DNA from: Candidatus Calditenuis fumarioli
GTDB taxonomy: Archaea > Thermoproteota > Nitrososphaeria_A > Caldarchaeales > Calditenuaceae
DNA length: 64,000 nucleotides
Direction: 5' to 3'
NCBI GenBank assembly: GCA_030059665.1
Contig: JANVYR010000001.1
Coordinates: forward strand, 288,001-352,000
Below, piece after piece: positions 47,009 through 56,347 of this stretch. The position numbers were made by a program, and so were the translations under genes. The number at the start of each line of letters is the position of its first letter. Position 1 is the first letter of the stretch. The notes under the pieces are model-generated. The model worked only from the letters and a program-made list of their open reading frames with translations, was not told where the DNA came from and ran no database searches.

Positions 47009-47812
47009 GTGATGATCCGCCTACCTGTCCAGTACTGGAGATTCTTGATCAGGTCATTTCTCGACGAAGGCGCAGACCGCGTCTTTTATGATCAGGGCAG
47101 GCTCCAATCCCTCAGCGTAGACAGAGTCTCCCTGATCAGAGCTTCTATCCACGACCATGACTGTGGCCGTATGGAACTCGACCTCGACAAGCCGAACGAA
47201 CTGCTGAAGAAGGCCCGTGTTAAAAGAGGCTATATGACGGTAAGGAGGATCGGCGAAGGTAAGGAAGAGGAGGAGGTAGAGGTAAGGATAACGGGAGACC
47301 AATGCCTGACGACAACGTTCAAATATAAGAGAGAGGTCGGGTCATCTTTCAATCCCGACGTCACGAGGTTGAACTTTACAGACGGATTCAGGATAGGAGC
47401 TGAGGCTTTAGCCCGCACATGCGAGGGCTTGAAGGACTGTGATATCATGTTTTTATATGTGGGGTCTAAGCTGTTTGTGGGAGGCAGACTGTTTGAAAGC
47501 CAACTAAGGTTCACCACGATCCCCACCGTTGCAGGTAACGGCTCGTTCTCGGCATTTGAGCCAAGCAGGTTGTGCAGGTTCTTGAGGAGGATAAGCGAGT
47601 TCTCCAGCGTCCTAACCGTCAGGCTCAAGACGGACGGCCCCATCTACATCCACGCTCCGACACCGTATTTCGACGTCGAGTTTATGCAGGCCCCGCGTGC
47701 CATCGCTTCCGACGACGTCAAGCTCCTGAAGGAGGTTCTAATTCAGGAAGGGGAGGCTCAGGCTATACCCGTCCTTGAGCAGTTGGTGGAGGCTAAACCA
47801 CAGACCGGATGA
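47009..47812 (+). CDS. Divergent PCNA-like sliding clamp
   Basis: Clamp-sized. LQSLSVDRVSLIRASI resembles the PCNA DxSRVxL motif; C-terminal LTVRLKTDGPIYI...VEFMQAPR. Confidence 0.6.
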   Translation: MMIRLPVQYWRFLIRSFLDEGADRVFYDQGRLQSLSVDRVSLIRASIHDHDCGRMELDLDKPNELLKKARVKRGYMTVRRIGEGKEEEEVEVRITGDQCLTTTFKYKREVGSSFNPDVTRLNFTDGFRIGAEALARTCEGLKDCDIMFLYVGSKLFVGGRLFESQLRFTTIPTVAGNGSFSAFEPSRLCRFLRRISEFSSVLTVRLKTDGPIYIHAPTPYFDVEFMQAPRAIASDDVKLLKEVLIQEGEAQAIPVLEQLVEAKPQTG

Positions 47813-47973
47813 TGGGTTTTTACAGGCTCAGGGTTCGCATGGATCTGATCGGAGAGGCCCGGGACTCACCCGTCGCACCCGGAACGGCAGGAAACGGTCA
47901 AGTCTATGACCAATCTCAAAAATGTTTACCGGGTGAGGAAGGATGAGGGGCTTCAGGACTTGGATCCGATTGA

Positions 47974-48180
47974 AACGAGAACGGGTGCCTCCTCGACCCC
48001 TTCTGCGGAAGCGCCACCATCCCCATCGAGACAGCGCTCTACGCGATGCGGGTTCCGCCAAACGCCTACAGGCGGAGGGAGGAGATGCTGGTCTTCCGGC
48101 TCAAATTCATCGAGCAGGAGGCCCTTGAGGAGGCGTTGGCAAGGCTTAGGGTAAAATTGAGGTCGTCGCGACCCCTCCCG
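47974..48180 (+). pseudogene. Internal fragment of a Trm14/RlmL-type SAM methyltransferase
   Basis: LLDPFCGSATIPIETALYAMRVPP after an in-frame stop at 47971-73; no N- or C-terminus. Confidence 0.65.
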
Positions 48181-48609
48181 ATGGACCTGCTCGAGCTGAG
48201 GCCGAGGCTGGTGAGGCTCGACCAGCTGAGGGAGCACGAGCAGCACATCCCAGAGCACCTGGAGGAGCTGCTTCAGGAGATCCTCAGGGACGGGGTGCTG
48301 AAGAGGCCGATACTCGTGGACGAGAGGACGATGATCATCATCGACGGCCACCACAGGTACAACTGCATGAAGCGCCTCGGCAAGAGGTACATCCCGGCCT
48401 ACCTCATCGACTACATGAGGGAGGAGATCGTGGTGGAGCCCTGGGACGGGAAACCGCCGGTCACGAAGGAGGACGTGATCAGGGCCGGTCTTACGGGGAT
48501 GAGGCTCCCGCCCAAGTCCTCGAAGCACATGGTCAGGATAGGGGGAGAGCTCCATCACGTGACGTACATCGAGAGGGAGAACCCGACCCCGCTGGACCAG
48601 ATACCCTGA
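48181..48609 (+). CDS. ParB/Srx N-terminal domain protein
   Basis: LREHE, RPILVD, IIDGHHR, PPKSSKH. Likely start is ATG 48181. Confidence 0.8.
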   Translation: MDLLELRPRLVRLDQLREHEQHIPEHLEELLQEILRDGVLKRPILVDERTMIIIDGHHRYNCMKRLGKRYIPAYLIDYMREEIVVEPWDGKPPVTKEDVIRAGLTGMRLPPKSSKHMVRIGGELHHVTYIERENPTPLDQIP

Positions 48610-48616
48610 GCGGGTC

Positions 48617-49714
48617 TCAGCTGATGCTCTTGACCGCCTCCCTCAGCTCTTCCGCGTTCCTCACGAGGATTATGCCGTTCCGCGCCACGAGGTCCCTGTA
48701 CTGCTCGACCTTCTCCCTGAGGTCCGCCATCATGTCCCTGAGGACCTCGAAGAGGTACTGCTTGATCTCGCCGCTCAGCATCCTGCCAGAGCCGTACTCC
48801 TCTCTTATCCTCTCCAGCTCCCTGTCGTTCATCAGGACGAAGCGGAGTATCTGGTAGGGAACGTCAACTTCCAGGTCCGCGCCCAGCTTCCTGTGGACCT
48901 CTATCGGCTCCCTCCCTCCTGAGAAGGCCTTGAAGACCTTCCTCCTGAGCTCGGCCATGTCGTCCTCCGGCAGGAAGATCGCCGAGAGAGGCTCGCTCTT
49001 GCTCATCTTCCCCTCACCCTTCAGGCTCGGTACGTCCCTGATGTAGGCCCCGATGATCGGCCTGAAGTCGAAGTGAGGCGTCCTCCTGACGTAGTCCCTC
49101 GCCAGCCTGAGGTGCGGGTCCTGGTCCAGCCCGACCGGGATCACTCCTGGAAGGCCCTGGAAGGCGAGCTGGGGGAAGAGCACGTCGCCTATCTGGTAGA
49201 GGCTCGAGACGATCCTCGATGGCTCCGCGTTGCCGTAAACGGCCCTGAACTCGTTGAGCGTGATCTCCCTCGCGGCGTCCGCGGCTATCCTGTGGACGTC
49301 TATGTTGTCCGACTGGAAGTAGAAGACCGTCCTCTCGGGGTCTATTCCCAGCGCCAGATACGTGGGGATGTGGTACTCCAGCGCTATCCTCCTGCCGTCC
49401 TTGAGGCTGACGTTCCTCGTCGCCAGCGACTCGAGGTCCGCGACCAGCAGGACCGTGAACCTCGCCCGCTCGGCGAAGCACCTCACCGACTCGATCACGG
49501 CCATGGTTCCCAGGTGGATCCTCTCGGAGGAGGGCATGATTCCGGTCAGCACGTAGTAGTTGGAGGTCCTGAGGGCCTCGAGGAGCTCCTCCTTGGTCCT
49601 CGCGGAGAAGATTATCCTGCGCCTCACGTACGGGTGGTTCAGCGGAAGCTCTGAGGGTTCGAGCTCTGTCAGGCCGAACTCCTCGAGCAGCTTCTGCTCC
49701 CTGGTTCCCGCCAC
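48617..49714 (-). CDS. trpS: Tryptophanyl-tRNA synthetase
   Basis: TGIMPSSERIHLGT, PVGLDQDPHLRLARD, KMSKS. Start uncertain (49714 or 49744). Confidence 0.92.
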   Translation of the reverse strand: MAGTREQKLLEEFGLTELEPSELPLNHPYVRRRIIFSARTKEELLEALRTSNYYVLTGIMPSSERIHLGTMAVIESVRCFAERARFTVLLVADLESLATRNVSLKDGRRIALEYHIPTYLALGIDPERTVFYFQSDNIDVHRIAADAAREITLNEFRAVYGNAEPSRIVSSLYQIGDVLFPQLAFQGLPGVIPVGLDQDPHLRLARDYVRRTPHFDFRPIIGAYIRDVPSLKGEGKMSKSEPLSAIFLPEDDMAELRRKVFKAFSGGREPIEVHRKLGADLEVDVPYQILRFVLMNDRELERIREEYGSGRMLSGEIKQYLFEVLRDMMADLREKVEQYRDLVARNGIILVRNAEELREAVKSIS

Positions 49715-49924
49715 AATACCGGATCCCTCGCGTCGGTGCAACATCTCCTGGATAATAAACCTCGTGAAATGGGATCGGGATAGGACCGGCATTCCCTGCA
49801 GCTGGACTGCTCGACGTGATGGGTGGGGCCGATGCGAAACGCTGTCCACGAGCTGATTCCTGACGGCCGGAGGGAGAACGGGGATGGGGTTTTTAGAACC
49901 GTTAAGCTCCACGGGAAGAAAGAC

Positions 49925-50896
49925 ATGACGGAGCTGGTGGTTCACGTCTCGGGGGCCCTACCGAGGTCCGAGGAGCTCTTCGCCCTGCTCAGGAGGCATG
50001 CGCGGGGCAGGGCCACTTGGGAGGACGTCAGGGGAGCCGCACGGGAGGAGTCCTCGGGATGGGTGAGGTTCCAGAAGGAGCTGGGCTTCGACCTGATCGC
50101 TGACCCGATGCTGCTCTGGCACGACCATTTCAGGCCCTTCGCGGAGCGCTGGTCCGGGGTGGAGGTGAACGGGCTGGCCAGGTGGTTCGACAACAACGTC
50201 TTCTACCGCGTCCCGGTCTTCAAGGGTAGGCCGGGGAGCAGGGGCGGTGTCCTGCGGGACTACCTCTTCCCGGAGCAGCTGGTGGGGTGCCGGGTCAAGC
50301 TGATCCTGCCGGAGCCCTTCACGATGGTGGCGCTGTCCGAGCGCAGGGTCGAGGTGGACCCCGGAGAGCTCGCGGTCGAAGTGGCCCGTTTGCTGGCCTT
50401 CGAGGTCAGGCAGTTCGTGAGGGAGACGGGCGTCTCGGTCGAGATGGTCCAGCTCTCGGCGCCGTACGTCGTCTCCCGGAGGCTGGGGGACAGGGAGGCG
50501 GAGGCCGTCTCCGAGTCCGTCAGGGCGTTGAGGGAGGGGACTGGGACGAGGGTTCTGCTGCACACCTTCTTCTACCCTCTATCGAACGCATCCGACTGGA
50601 TCGCCGACTCGGGCGCTGACGTGGTCGGGTTCGACGCCACGGTGACCTCCGCAGAAGAGGTCCTCAGCACCGGTTTGAGGGGCGAGATAGCCGTGGGGAT
50701 AGTCGACTCGAGGAGCAGCAGGGTCGAGCGGCCTGATGAGGTGATGGGGCTGCTCGGGAGGCTCGTAGAAGCGGGCTTCAGCAGGATCCACCTGACCACG
50801 ACGACCGACCTGGACTACGTCCCTCCCCAGGTGGCGCGCGCCAAGCTGGAGGCGCTCAGGGAGATAAGGGCGGCCTACTCCGGGAGACGGAGATGA
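49925..50896 (+). CDS. Cobalamin-independent methionine synthase N-terminal-half homolog
   Basis: SGALPRS, RWFDNNVFYRVP, LPEPFT, VQLSAP, GIVDSRSSRVE. Confidence 0.8.
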   Translation: MTELVVHVSGALPRSEELFALLRRHARGRATWEDVRGAAREESSGWVRFQKELGFDLIADPMLLWHDHFRPFAERWSGVEVNGLARWFDNNVFYRVPVFKGRPGSRGGVLRDYLFPEQLVGCRVKLILPEPFTMVALSERRVEVDPGELAVEVARLLAFEVRQFVRETGVSVEMVQLSAPYVVSRRLGDREAEAVSESVRALREGTGTRVLLHTFFYPLSNASDWIADSGADVVGFDATVTSAEEVLSTGLRGEIAVGIVDSRSSRVERPDEVMGLLGRLVEAGFSRIHLTTTTDLDYVPPQVARAKLEALREIRAAYSGRRR

Positions 50897-52020
50897 GCGA
50901 GCTGTTCAGGACGCAGGAGGTCGGATCGCTGTCGAGGGCGCCGTTCGCGAAGAAGCTGGGATCTCCCGAGTCCGCGGAGGAGGCGCTGTACTGGGGGAAG
51001 TTGCTGAGGGTCGAGGGCCACGAGGAGCTGTACAACGCACTGCGCTCCGGAAGCATCACGCAGGAGCAGCTGATCGACTGGGCCTCCCTCTACGGGATCA
51101 GGTTCCACGAGGCGGCCGGACTCGACGTGGTCTACGACGGCGAGCAGCGAAGGGTCGAGATGTACGAGCACCTGATCTCAAGGGTTGAGAACGCGGTCAT
51201 TCTGGGAAGGGTCAAGGTGTGGGACGCGGAGACGTACAGGAAGGCCGCCATTGTCGGCGTACCCAGGCTGAGGGAACACGCCTACCTCGACGAGTTCCTC
51301 TTCGTCAAGTCCAAGGCGCGGAGGGAGGTGAAGGTGCCCGTCACGGGGCCCTACACGCTGATGGACTGGAGCTACGACGAGTTCTACATCCAGCGTCAGG
51401 CCGTGAGCCTGGGACCGCTGGAGCGCAGGAGGAGGGCCAGGGAGGAGCTGCTGTATGACCTAGTGGAGAACGTGATCAGGCCCGAGCTGAGGGCGCTGGT
51501 CGATGCCGGTGCGAGGAGGATCCAGATAGACGAGCCTGCGCTCACAACGAAACCCGACGAGGTGAGGCTCTACGTGGACGCCTTCAACGAGATGGTAAAG
51601 GGGCTCGGAGCGACCTTCACGCTCCACGTCTGCTACAGCGACTACTCCAAGCTTTTCCCCCACATAGCCGAGATGAAGGTCCACGAGTTCTCGATTGAGT
51701 GCGCGAACCGGGACACGTTGTCTCCGGGCTTAAGCGAAGAAATGAGGAAGGGCTACTCGGTCCTGAAGCTCTTCAGGGAGCACTCGGTCAAGGCGAAGGT
51801 CGCACCCGGGGTGACGGACGTCCACACCGACTTCATCGAGCCCCCGGAGCTGGTGAGGGACAGGCTGCTTTATGCCGCGAAGCTGCTCGATGACCCGGCA
51901 CAGGTGATCGCCTGCCACGACTGCGGCCTCAGGACGCGCAGGTGGGAGGTGGCCTTCGAGAAGGAGAGGGTTCTGGTGAAAGGGGCCATGCTGGCGAGGC
52001 GGGAGTTCTCCGGAAGCTAA
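50893..52020 (+). CDS. metE: Cobalamin-independent methionine synthase catalytic half
   Basis: TQEVGSL, DGEQRR, VTGPYT, IQIDEPA, LHVCY, CHDCGL. Confidence 0.88.
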   Translation: MSELFRTQEVGSLSRAPFAKKLGSPESAEEALYWGKLLRVEGHEELYNALRSGSITQEQLIDWASLYGIRFHEAAGLDVVYDGEQRRVEMYEHLISRVENAVILGRVKVWDAETYRKAAIVGVPRLREHAYLDEFLFVKSKARREVKVPVTGPYTLMDWSYDEFYIQRQAVSLGPLERRRRAREELLYDLVENVIRPELRALVDAGARRIQIDEPALTTKPDEVRLYVDAFNEMVKGLGATFTLHVCYSDYSKLFPHIAEMKVHEFSIECANRDTLSPGLSEEMRKGYSVLKLFREHSVKAKVAPGVTDVHTDFIEPPELVRDRLLYAAKLLDDPAQVIACHDCGLRTRRWEVAFEKERVLVKGAMLARREFSGS

Positions 52021-52066
52021 GCTTATCCGCGACCGGGGACGTCTCAGACCGGTGTCCGGCCGGGGG

Positions 52067-52158
52067 TTGGTGTTCGGGTCCAGGGAGTGGTTCGAGGAGT
52101 TCGTGTGCGCTGAACAGCGACGAGGAGTACGCGAAGGCCGCAAGGAACTGGAAGGACC
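52067..52158 (+). pseudogene. Frameshifted SCP2/Fis-like small-protein N-terminal fragment
   Basis: VFGSREWFEEFV then, after a frameshift, ALNSDEEYAKAARNWK. Confidence 0.45.
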
Positions 52159-52463
52159 CAGAACGATCACAGGTATCGAGTCCGCATAAGCCGCGTAGAC
52201 ACCAGGGATCAGGTCCGCCGCACCGGCCCCACGGTCCAGTAGCAGGCCGCCGGTCTCCCCGTGACCCTGAAGTGGGCGTCAGCCATGTGCGCAGCGGCTT
52301 GCTCACGCCTGGTCGTGATGAACTCGAGCCCCTTCCGCCTTCCTATCCGGTGAACGGCGTCCAGGAAAGGTAGGCTCCTGTCACCTGGGATTCCGAAGAC
52401 GTATCTGATCCTCTCCCTCAGCGGACACTCGACGAGGGCCTCACAGCCCGAGAGTCTGACCAA
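52156..52463 (-). pseudogene. Truncated, frameshifted TPP-binding enzyme (acetolactate synthase-like) N-terminus
   Basis: VFGIPG, TRREQAAAHMADAHFRVTG; continues in another frame as GAADLIPGVYAAYADSIPVIVLG, then ends. Confidence 0.8.
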
Positions 52464-52517
52464 ACCCCTCGAAGTTCAATCGGCGAAGACCGGGATAACG
52501 CCTTCGAGGCCCTTCGG

Positions 52518-52979
52518 TCACTTGGTGGCCTTTCGGGCCACCCCCACGGGTCCTCCCTTCCTCCCGGTGGTCCTGGTCCGCTGACCCCTGACCTTGAGGC
52601 CGAGCATGTGCCTGACGCCCCTCCAGGACTTGATCCTCTTCTCGCGCTCGATGTCCTCGCGCATGGTGAGGTTCAGCTCAGGCCCGACGAGGTGCATGTC
52701 CTTACCCGTGACCGGGTCTTTGCGCCTGTTCCACATCCAAACCGGTATGCCGTACTTCCCAGGGTTCGTTATCGCGTCCTCGAGCAGCTCGAGCTGCTTA
52801 TCGGTCAGCTGTCCGAGCCTGGTCATCGGATCTATCCCCACGGCCCTGGTAACAGCGTAGGCGAAGTTGATGCCGACACCGTAGATCTTGGCCAGCGCGA
52901 ATGGGACGTGCTTGGTCCCGTCGAGGTCAGTACCGAGCAGCCTCACGATCAGCCGCGTCTCCCTCTGCTGTGCGGACAT
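52518..52979 (-). CDS. rps13: 30S ribosomal protein S13
   Basis: ALAKIYGVG, WNRRKDP, RGVRHMLGLKVRGQRTRTTGR. Confidence 0.95.
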   Translation of the reverse strand: MSAQQRETRLIVRLLGTDLDGTKHVPFALAKIYGVGINFAYAVTRAVGIDPMTRLGQLTDKQLELLEDAITNPGKYGIPVWMWNRRKDPVTGKDMHLVGPELNLTMREDIEREKRIKSWRGVRHMLGLKVRGQRTRTTGRKGGPVGVARKATK

Positions 52980-53093
52980 CCTTCACGCTCTGGGTCCAGG
53001 TCACAATAAATCCATTTCGGGCACAGGGCCCTTGAGGCGGAGCCGCGAACGGACTCTCCGGTTAATATCGGTCCGAGCTGATCAGGGGAAGGG

Positions 53094-53360
53094 TTGAAGG
53101 AGCTACCGGTTTACATGATCAAGTGCGGCGTGGCGGTCGTCATCGGCTACGTCTCCGCGCTGGTGACCGTGCTCTCCCACTGGGCCCTTACCCTCCCCAT
53201 AGCCGTGGCTGCATACGTCGCTGTAACGCTGGCCCTCATGGGCCCCATGCTGAGGGACGAGCCGAACATGACCAACAGGAGGGCTTGGACGGTGGGTGTG
53301 GGTGCTTACACCGCCTTCTGGCTGCTGAGCTGGCTGGCGTTCTACAACGCCCTGCTCTGA
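53094..53360 (+). CDS. Small three-TM membrane protein
   Basis: Hydrophobic segments ending WLLSWLAFYN. Confidence 0.65.
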   Translation: MKELPVYMIKCGVAVVIGYVSALVTVLSHWALTLPIAVAAYVAVTLALMGPMLRDEPNMTNRRAWTVGVGAYTAFWLLSWLAFYNALL

Positions 53361-53370
53361 TCCGCCTGGG

Positions 53371-53778
53371 TCACCCGGTCTGGTCGAGCCTCTGCTGCCT
53401 ATCCTCTTGAGCGCCCCTGAACCTGTGCGGTGTCGGCAGCTTGTCGAAGTTCCTCAAGATCACCTCCCAGACCTCCACCACCGGCGAGCGGGAGTCGTCG
53501 AAGGAGAGGTCGGTCTCCGCCATCGCCTTGACGAACGACTCGAGCTCCTTCTTCGGGTCATCGGAGGAGTAGACCCGATGGAGCAATGAAGTCCTGTCAT
53601 CGGTTGTGTACGACAGGAGTATGCCCTTCAGGACCGTGACGTATCCGTTCAGCTCTGTCCCCCTCGAGCGCTTCTCCATGCCCTCGATCATCCTCTCCGC
53701 GTCGGAGATCTTGCCCTCGAAGAGGAGCTGGAGGAACCTGACTACCTGCCTCTCCACCCTCTCGTCCAAGGACCTCAC
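53371..53778 (-). CDS. Hypothetical protein downstream of radA
   Basis: Helical ORF coupled to the radA stop. Confidence 0.65.
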   Translation of the reverse strand: MRSLDERVERQVVRFLQLLFEGKISDAERMIEGMEKRSRGTELNGYVTVLKGILLSYTTDDRTSLLHRVYSSDDPKKELESFVKAMAETDLSFDDSRSPVVEVWEVILRNFDKLPTPHRFRGAQEDRQQRLDQTG

Positions 53779-54815
53779 CTCCGCCTGTGGCTCTCCTCCC
53801 TTTCCTCCTCCTCGACGTCCTCTATCCCGTTCTCGGTGATCTTGATCAGCGCCTCGCCCTCGGGGAGGTACGGGCTGGAGACGAGCCTGACGATCCTGAA
53901 GTTCTTCCCGGCGGTCTTCCGGATGAAGAGCCTGGTGTGGCTGGTGTGGCCGACCACGTGCCCTCCGACCGGGGCCACGGCCATCGGCGAGAAGAACTCG
54001 TCGGGCCTGGCCATCACCTGGTTCGTCACCACAGCCGCTGCGTTGAAGGCCCTCGCGAGCCTCAGGAGGCGGTGCATGTGCTTGTTCAGCTTCTGCTGCC
54101 GCTCGGCGAGCATCTCCCTCCCGATGTACTCGCTCCTGAAGTGGGCCGTGAGGGAGTCGATGACGATCAGCTTCACGTTGTTCTCCTTGATCACCCTGTC
54201 CGCCTTCTCCAGCAGGAGGATCTGGTGGTCGCTGTTGTACGCCTCGGCGTAGATGATGTTCTCGAGCACCTTATCCGGGTCGAGGCCGAGGTGCTTCGCC
54301 ATCTGCTCTATCCGCTCGGTCCTGAAGGTGTTCTCGGTATCGATGTACAGCGCCGCGCCCTCGAGCCCTCCCCGGTCATAGGGGAGCTGCACGTTCACCG
54401 CGAGCTGATGGCACATCTGGCTCTTGCCCGAACCGAACTCGCCGAAGAACTCGGTGATGGCCTGGGTCTCTATGCCGCCGCCGATGAGGGCGTCGAGCGC
54501 CTTGCTCCCGGTGGTGAGGCGCCGAACCCCGCTCCTGTACTTGATCAGCTCTTTAGCCGTCACCCAGGAGATCTCTATCGATTCCCTCGCCAGCTCGATC
54601 AGCTCCGCAGCCCTCTTCTCGCTGATCCCCGCCGCCTCGAGCTCGCTGATCGTGGCGGTCGCCAGCGCCTCTATCGTCGAGAAACCTATCTCCCTCAGCT
54701 TCTCGGCCGTTGCGGGCCCGACGCCGGGCAGCTCCGAGATGTCGGTGTAGACCTGGTGCCTCGCCTTCTCCCGGTCCTTCTCCTCCCTCTCCTTTTCCTT
54801 CTCCTTCTGGGGCAT
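53775..54815 (-). CDS. radA: DNA repair and recombination protein RadA
   Basis: [39 protein letters not shown]. Confidence 0.96.
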   Translation of the reverse strand: MPQKEKEKEREEKDREKARHQVYTDISELPGVGPATAEKLREIGFSTIEALATATISELEAAGISEKRAAELIELARESIEISWVTAKELIKYRSGVRRLTTGSKALDALIGGGIETQAITEFFGEFGSGKSQMCHQLAVNVQLPYDRGGLEGAALYIDTENTFRTERIEQMAKHLGLDPDKVLENIIYAEAYNSDHQILLLEKADRVIKENNVKLIVIDSLTAHFRSEYIGREMLAERQQKLNKHMHRLLRLARAFNAAAVVTNQVMARPDEFFSPMAVAPVGGHVVGHTSHTRLFIRKTAGKNFRIVRLVSSPYLPEGEALIKITENGIEDVEEEEREESHRRR

Positions 54816-54941
54816 TCCTGACCGGAAATCCCCGGCCCGTAGATATAACGCTACTTCGCCCTCGTCCCTGCGGATGGACTCGTTAACACCCTCCGATCGA
54901 CGGGATTTGGCTTAAATTATCCGGCGGGGGAGTGGACTCCG

Positions 54942-55307
54942 ATGTCTTCAGGAGAGCTGCCGATGAGCGTCCAGCAGCAGCTGGCCAGGCTGCAGCAGCT
55001 TCAGCAGACCCTCAGCGTGCTCATATCCGAGAAGCAGAGGGTTCAGGCGGAGCTCGAGGAGATCAAGCTGGCGCTGGAGGAGCTGTCGAAGGCCGACGAG
55101 CAGGTGGTGGTCTACAAGGCGGTGGGGCCGCTGCTGGTCCAGACGACCAAGGAGAAGGTCATGGCGGAGCTGACCGAGAAGAGGGACCTGAACGACACGA
55201 GGCTCAAGGTGCTCGAGAAGCAGGAGGCAAGGACCAGGACCCAGATCTCGGAGCTCCAGAAGCAGCTGCAGTCGGCCATCTCGGGGAGGCGCGTAGAGGA
55301 GTCGTGA
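54942..55307 (+). CDS. pfdB: Prefoldin beta subunit
   Basis: Coiled coil with VYKAVGPLLV. Confidence 0.92.
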   Translation: MSSGELPMSVQQQLARLQQLQQTLSVLISEKQRVQAELEEIKLALEELSKADEQVVVYKAVGPLLVQTTKEKVMAELTEKRDLNDTRLKVLEKQEARTRTQISELQKQLQSAISGRRVEES

Positions 55308-56347
55308 CCACCGGCTCCGGCGGGCTTGAGGCCCTGATACGGTCGAGGGCGTTCGTCTCCTCCGTCTCCGAGAGGCTCTCCCAGCTCCGGGGGAGAAAGG
55401 TCAGCGTGCTCACCCACGTGGGCGGTGACCAGGACGCGATCGCCGCTGCCTTCGTCCTCGGGAACCTCCTCATGGACGCCTACGGGGCCTCGGCCGTCGA
55501 GGGCGTTCACGTGCCCGGCGAGGTCTCTGACCACTCCGAGCGATTCGCGTCCGCCCTCTCGATACCCCTGATCCCCAGCCTCCCGGAGGCCGATCACTAC
55601 GTGGCAGTCGACGTGGGGTCGCCTGCACAGCTCGGAGAGGCGTTGCCCGCGGTATCAGGCAGGGTCACGGTGATCGACCACCATCAGCCAGGTGATCGAT
55701 GGCCCGAGGGCTTCGAGGTCCTGACGGCTCCCGAGTACAAGTCGAGCTCGGAGATCGTGTTGGACCTCTCCCTGCTGATGGCGAGACCTCTGGACGCGAG
55801 GGAAGCAACCGCCCTCTTCTTCGGAATGTACTACGACACGGTGAGGCTGACGGTGGCCGACGCGCTGGTCCTACGGAAGGTCGGGATCCTCGGTGAGTAC
55901 GGTGCTGAGCCATCGGTCCACTCCGAGTCGCTCGAGGTGCCGCCGGACTACTCAGAACGGGTCGCTCGGCTGAAGGGCCTCAAGCGTTCATCGCTGTTCA
56001 GAGCGGAGAACGTGATCATCGCCGTCACCCGGGTCGGAGCCTTCCGGTCCTCCGTCGCGAGGACCCTGATTCTTGCGGGTGCGGGGATAGCGGTGGTTGG
56101 CGACGAGTCGAACGGCGTCACGGACGTCGTCTTCAGGGTCTCTCCCGAGGTGATCAGGACCTACTCGGTCAACGTGGTCAAGGACGTCATCGAACCGCTC
56201 ACCGCGAAGCTCGGGGGTCAGGGAGGGGGACACGCGGCAGCTGCGAGGGTGAGGGTTCCGGCGGCCTTCGATGAGGTGGTCTCGAGGTGCCTTGAGCTCC
56301 TGGGGTACGCGCTGGGGAGTCACGTCAGGCCGATCGAGGATCAGTGA
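55304..56347 (+). CDS. DHH family phosphoesterase
   Basis: THVGGDQDA, VAVD, IDHH, GGGHAAAA. GTG start at 55304. Confidence 0.88.
   Translation: MTTGSGGLEALIRSRAFVSSVSERLSQLRGRKVSVLTHVGGDQDAIAAAFVLGNLLMDAYGASAVEGVHVPGEVSDHSERFASALSIPLIPSLPEADHYVAVDVGSPAQLGEALPAVSGRVTVIDHHQPGDRWPEGFEVLTAPEYKSSSEIVLDLSLLMARPLDAREATALFFGMYYDTVRLTVADALVLRKVGILGEYGAEPSVHSESLEVPPDYSERVARLKGLKRSSLFRAENVIIAVTRVGAFRSSVARTLILAGAGIAVVGDESNGVTDVVFRVSPEVIRTYSVNVVKDVIEPLTAKLGGQGGGHAAAARVRVPAAFDEVVSRCLELLGYALGSHVRPIEDQ

Larger units (their letters stand above)
36700..47975. mobile_element. Integrated virus/plasmid-like element (boundaries approximate)
   Basis: Block of non-housekeeping ORFs, mostly on the minus strand, with hairpin-rich spacers. 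Several genes are visibly more A/T-rich than the host genes, and truncated genes flank both sides. No att repeats were found by eye. Confidence 0.75.

Noticed and set aside
36600-47975. att direct repeats or a tRNA integration site for the element
   Set aside because: Only matches of 7 nt or less were seen between the two ends; no tRNA T-arm motif was found in the window by eye.
49925-52020. Split MetE as a novelty
   Set aside because: Two-gene MetE halves are known in archaea.
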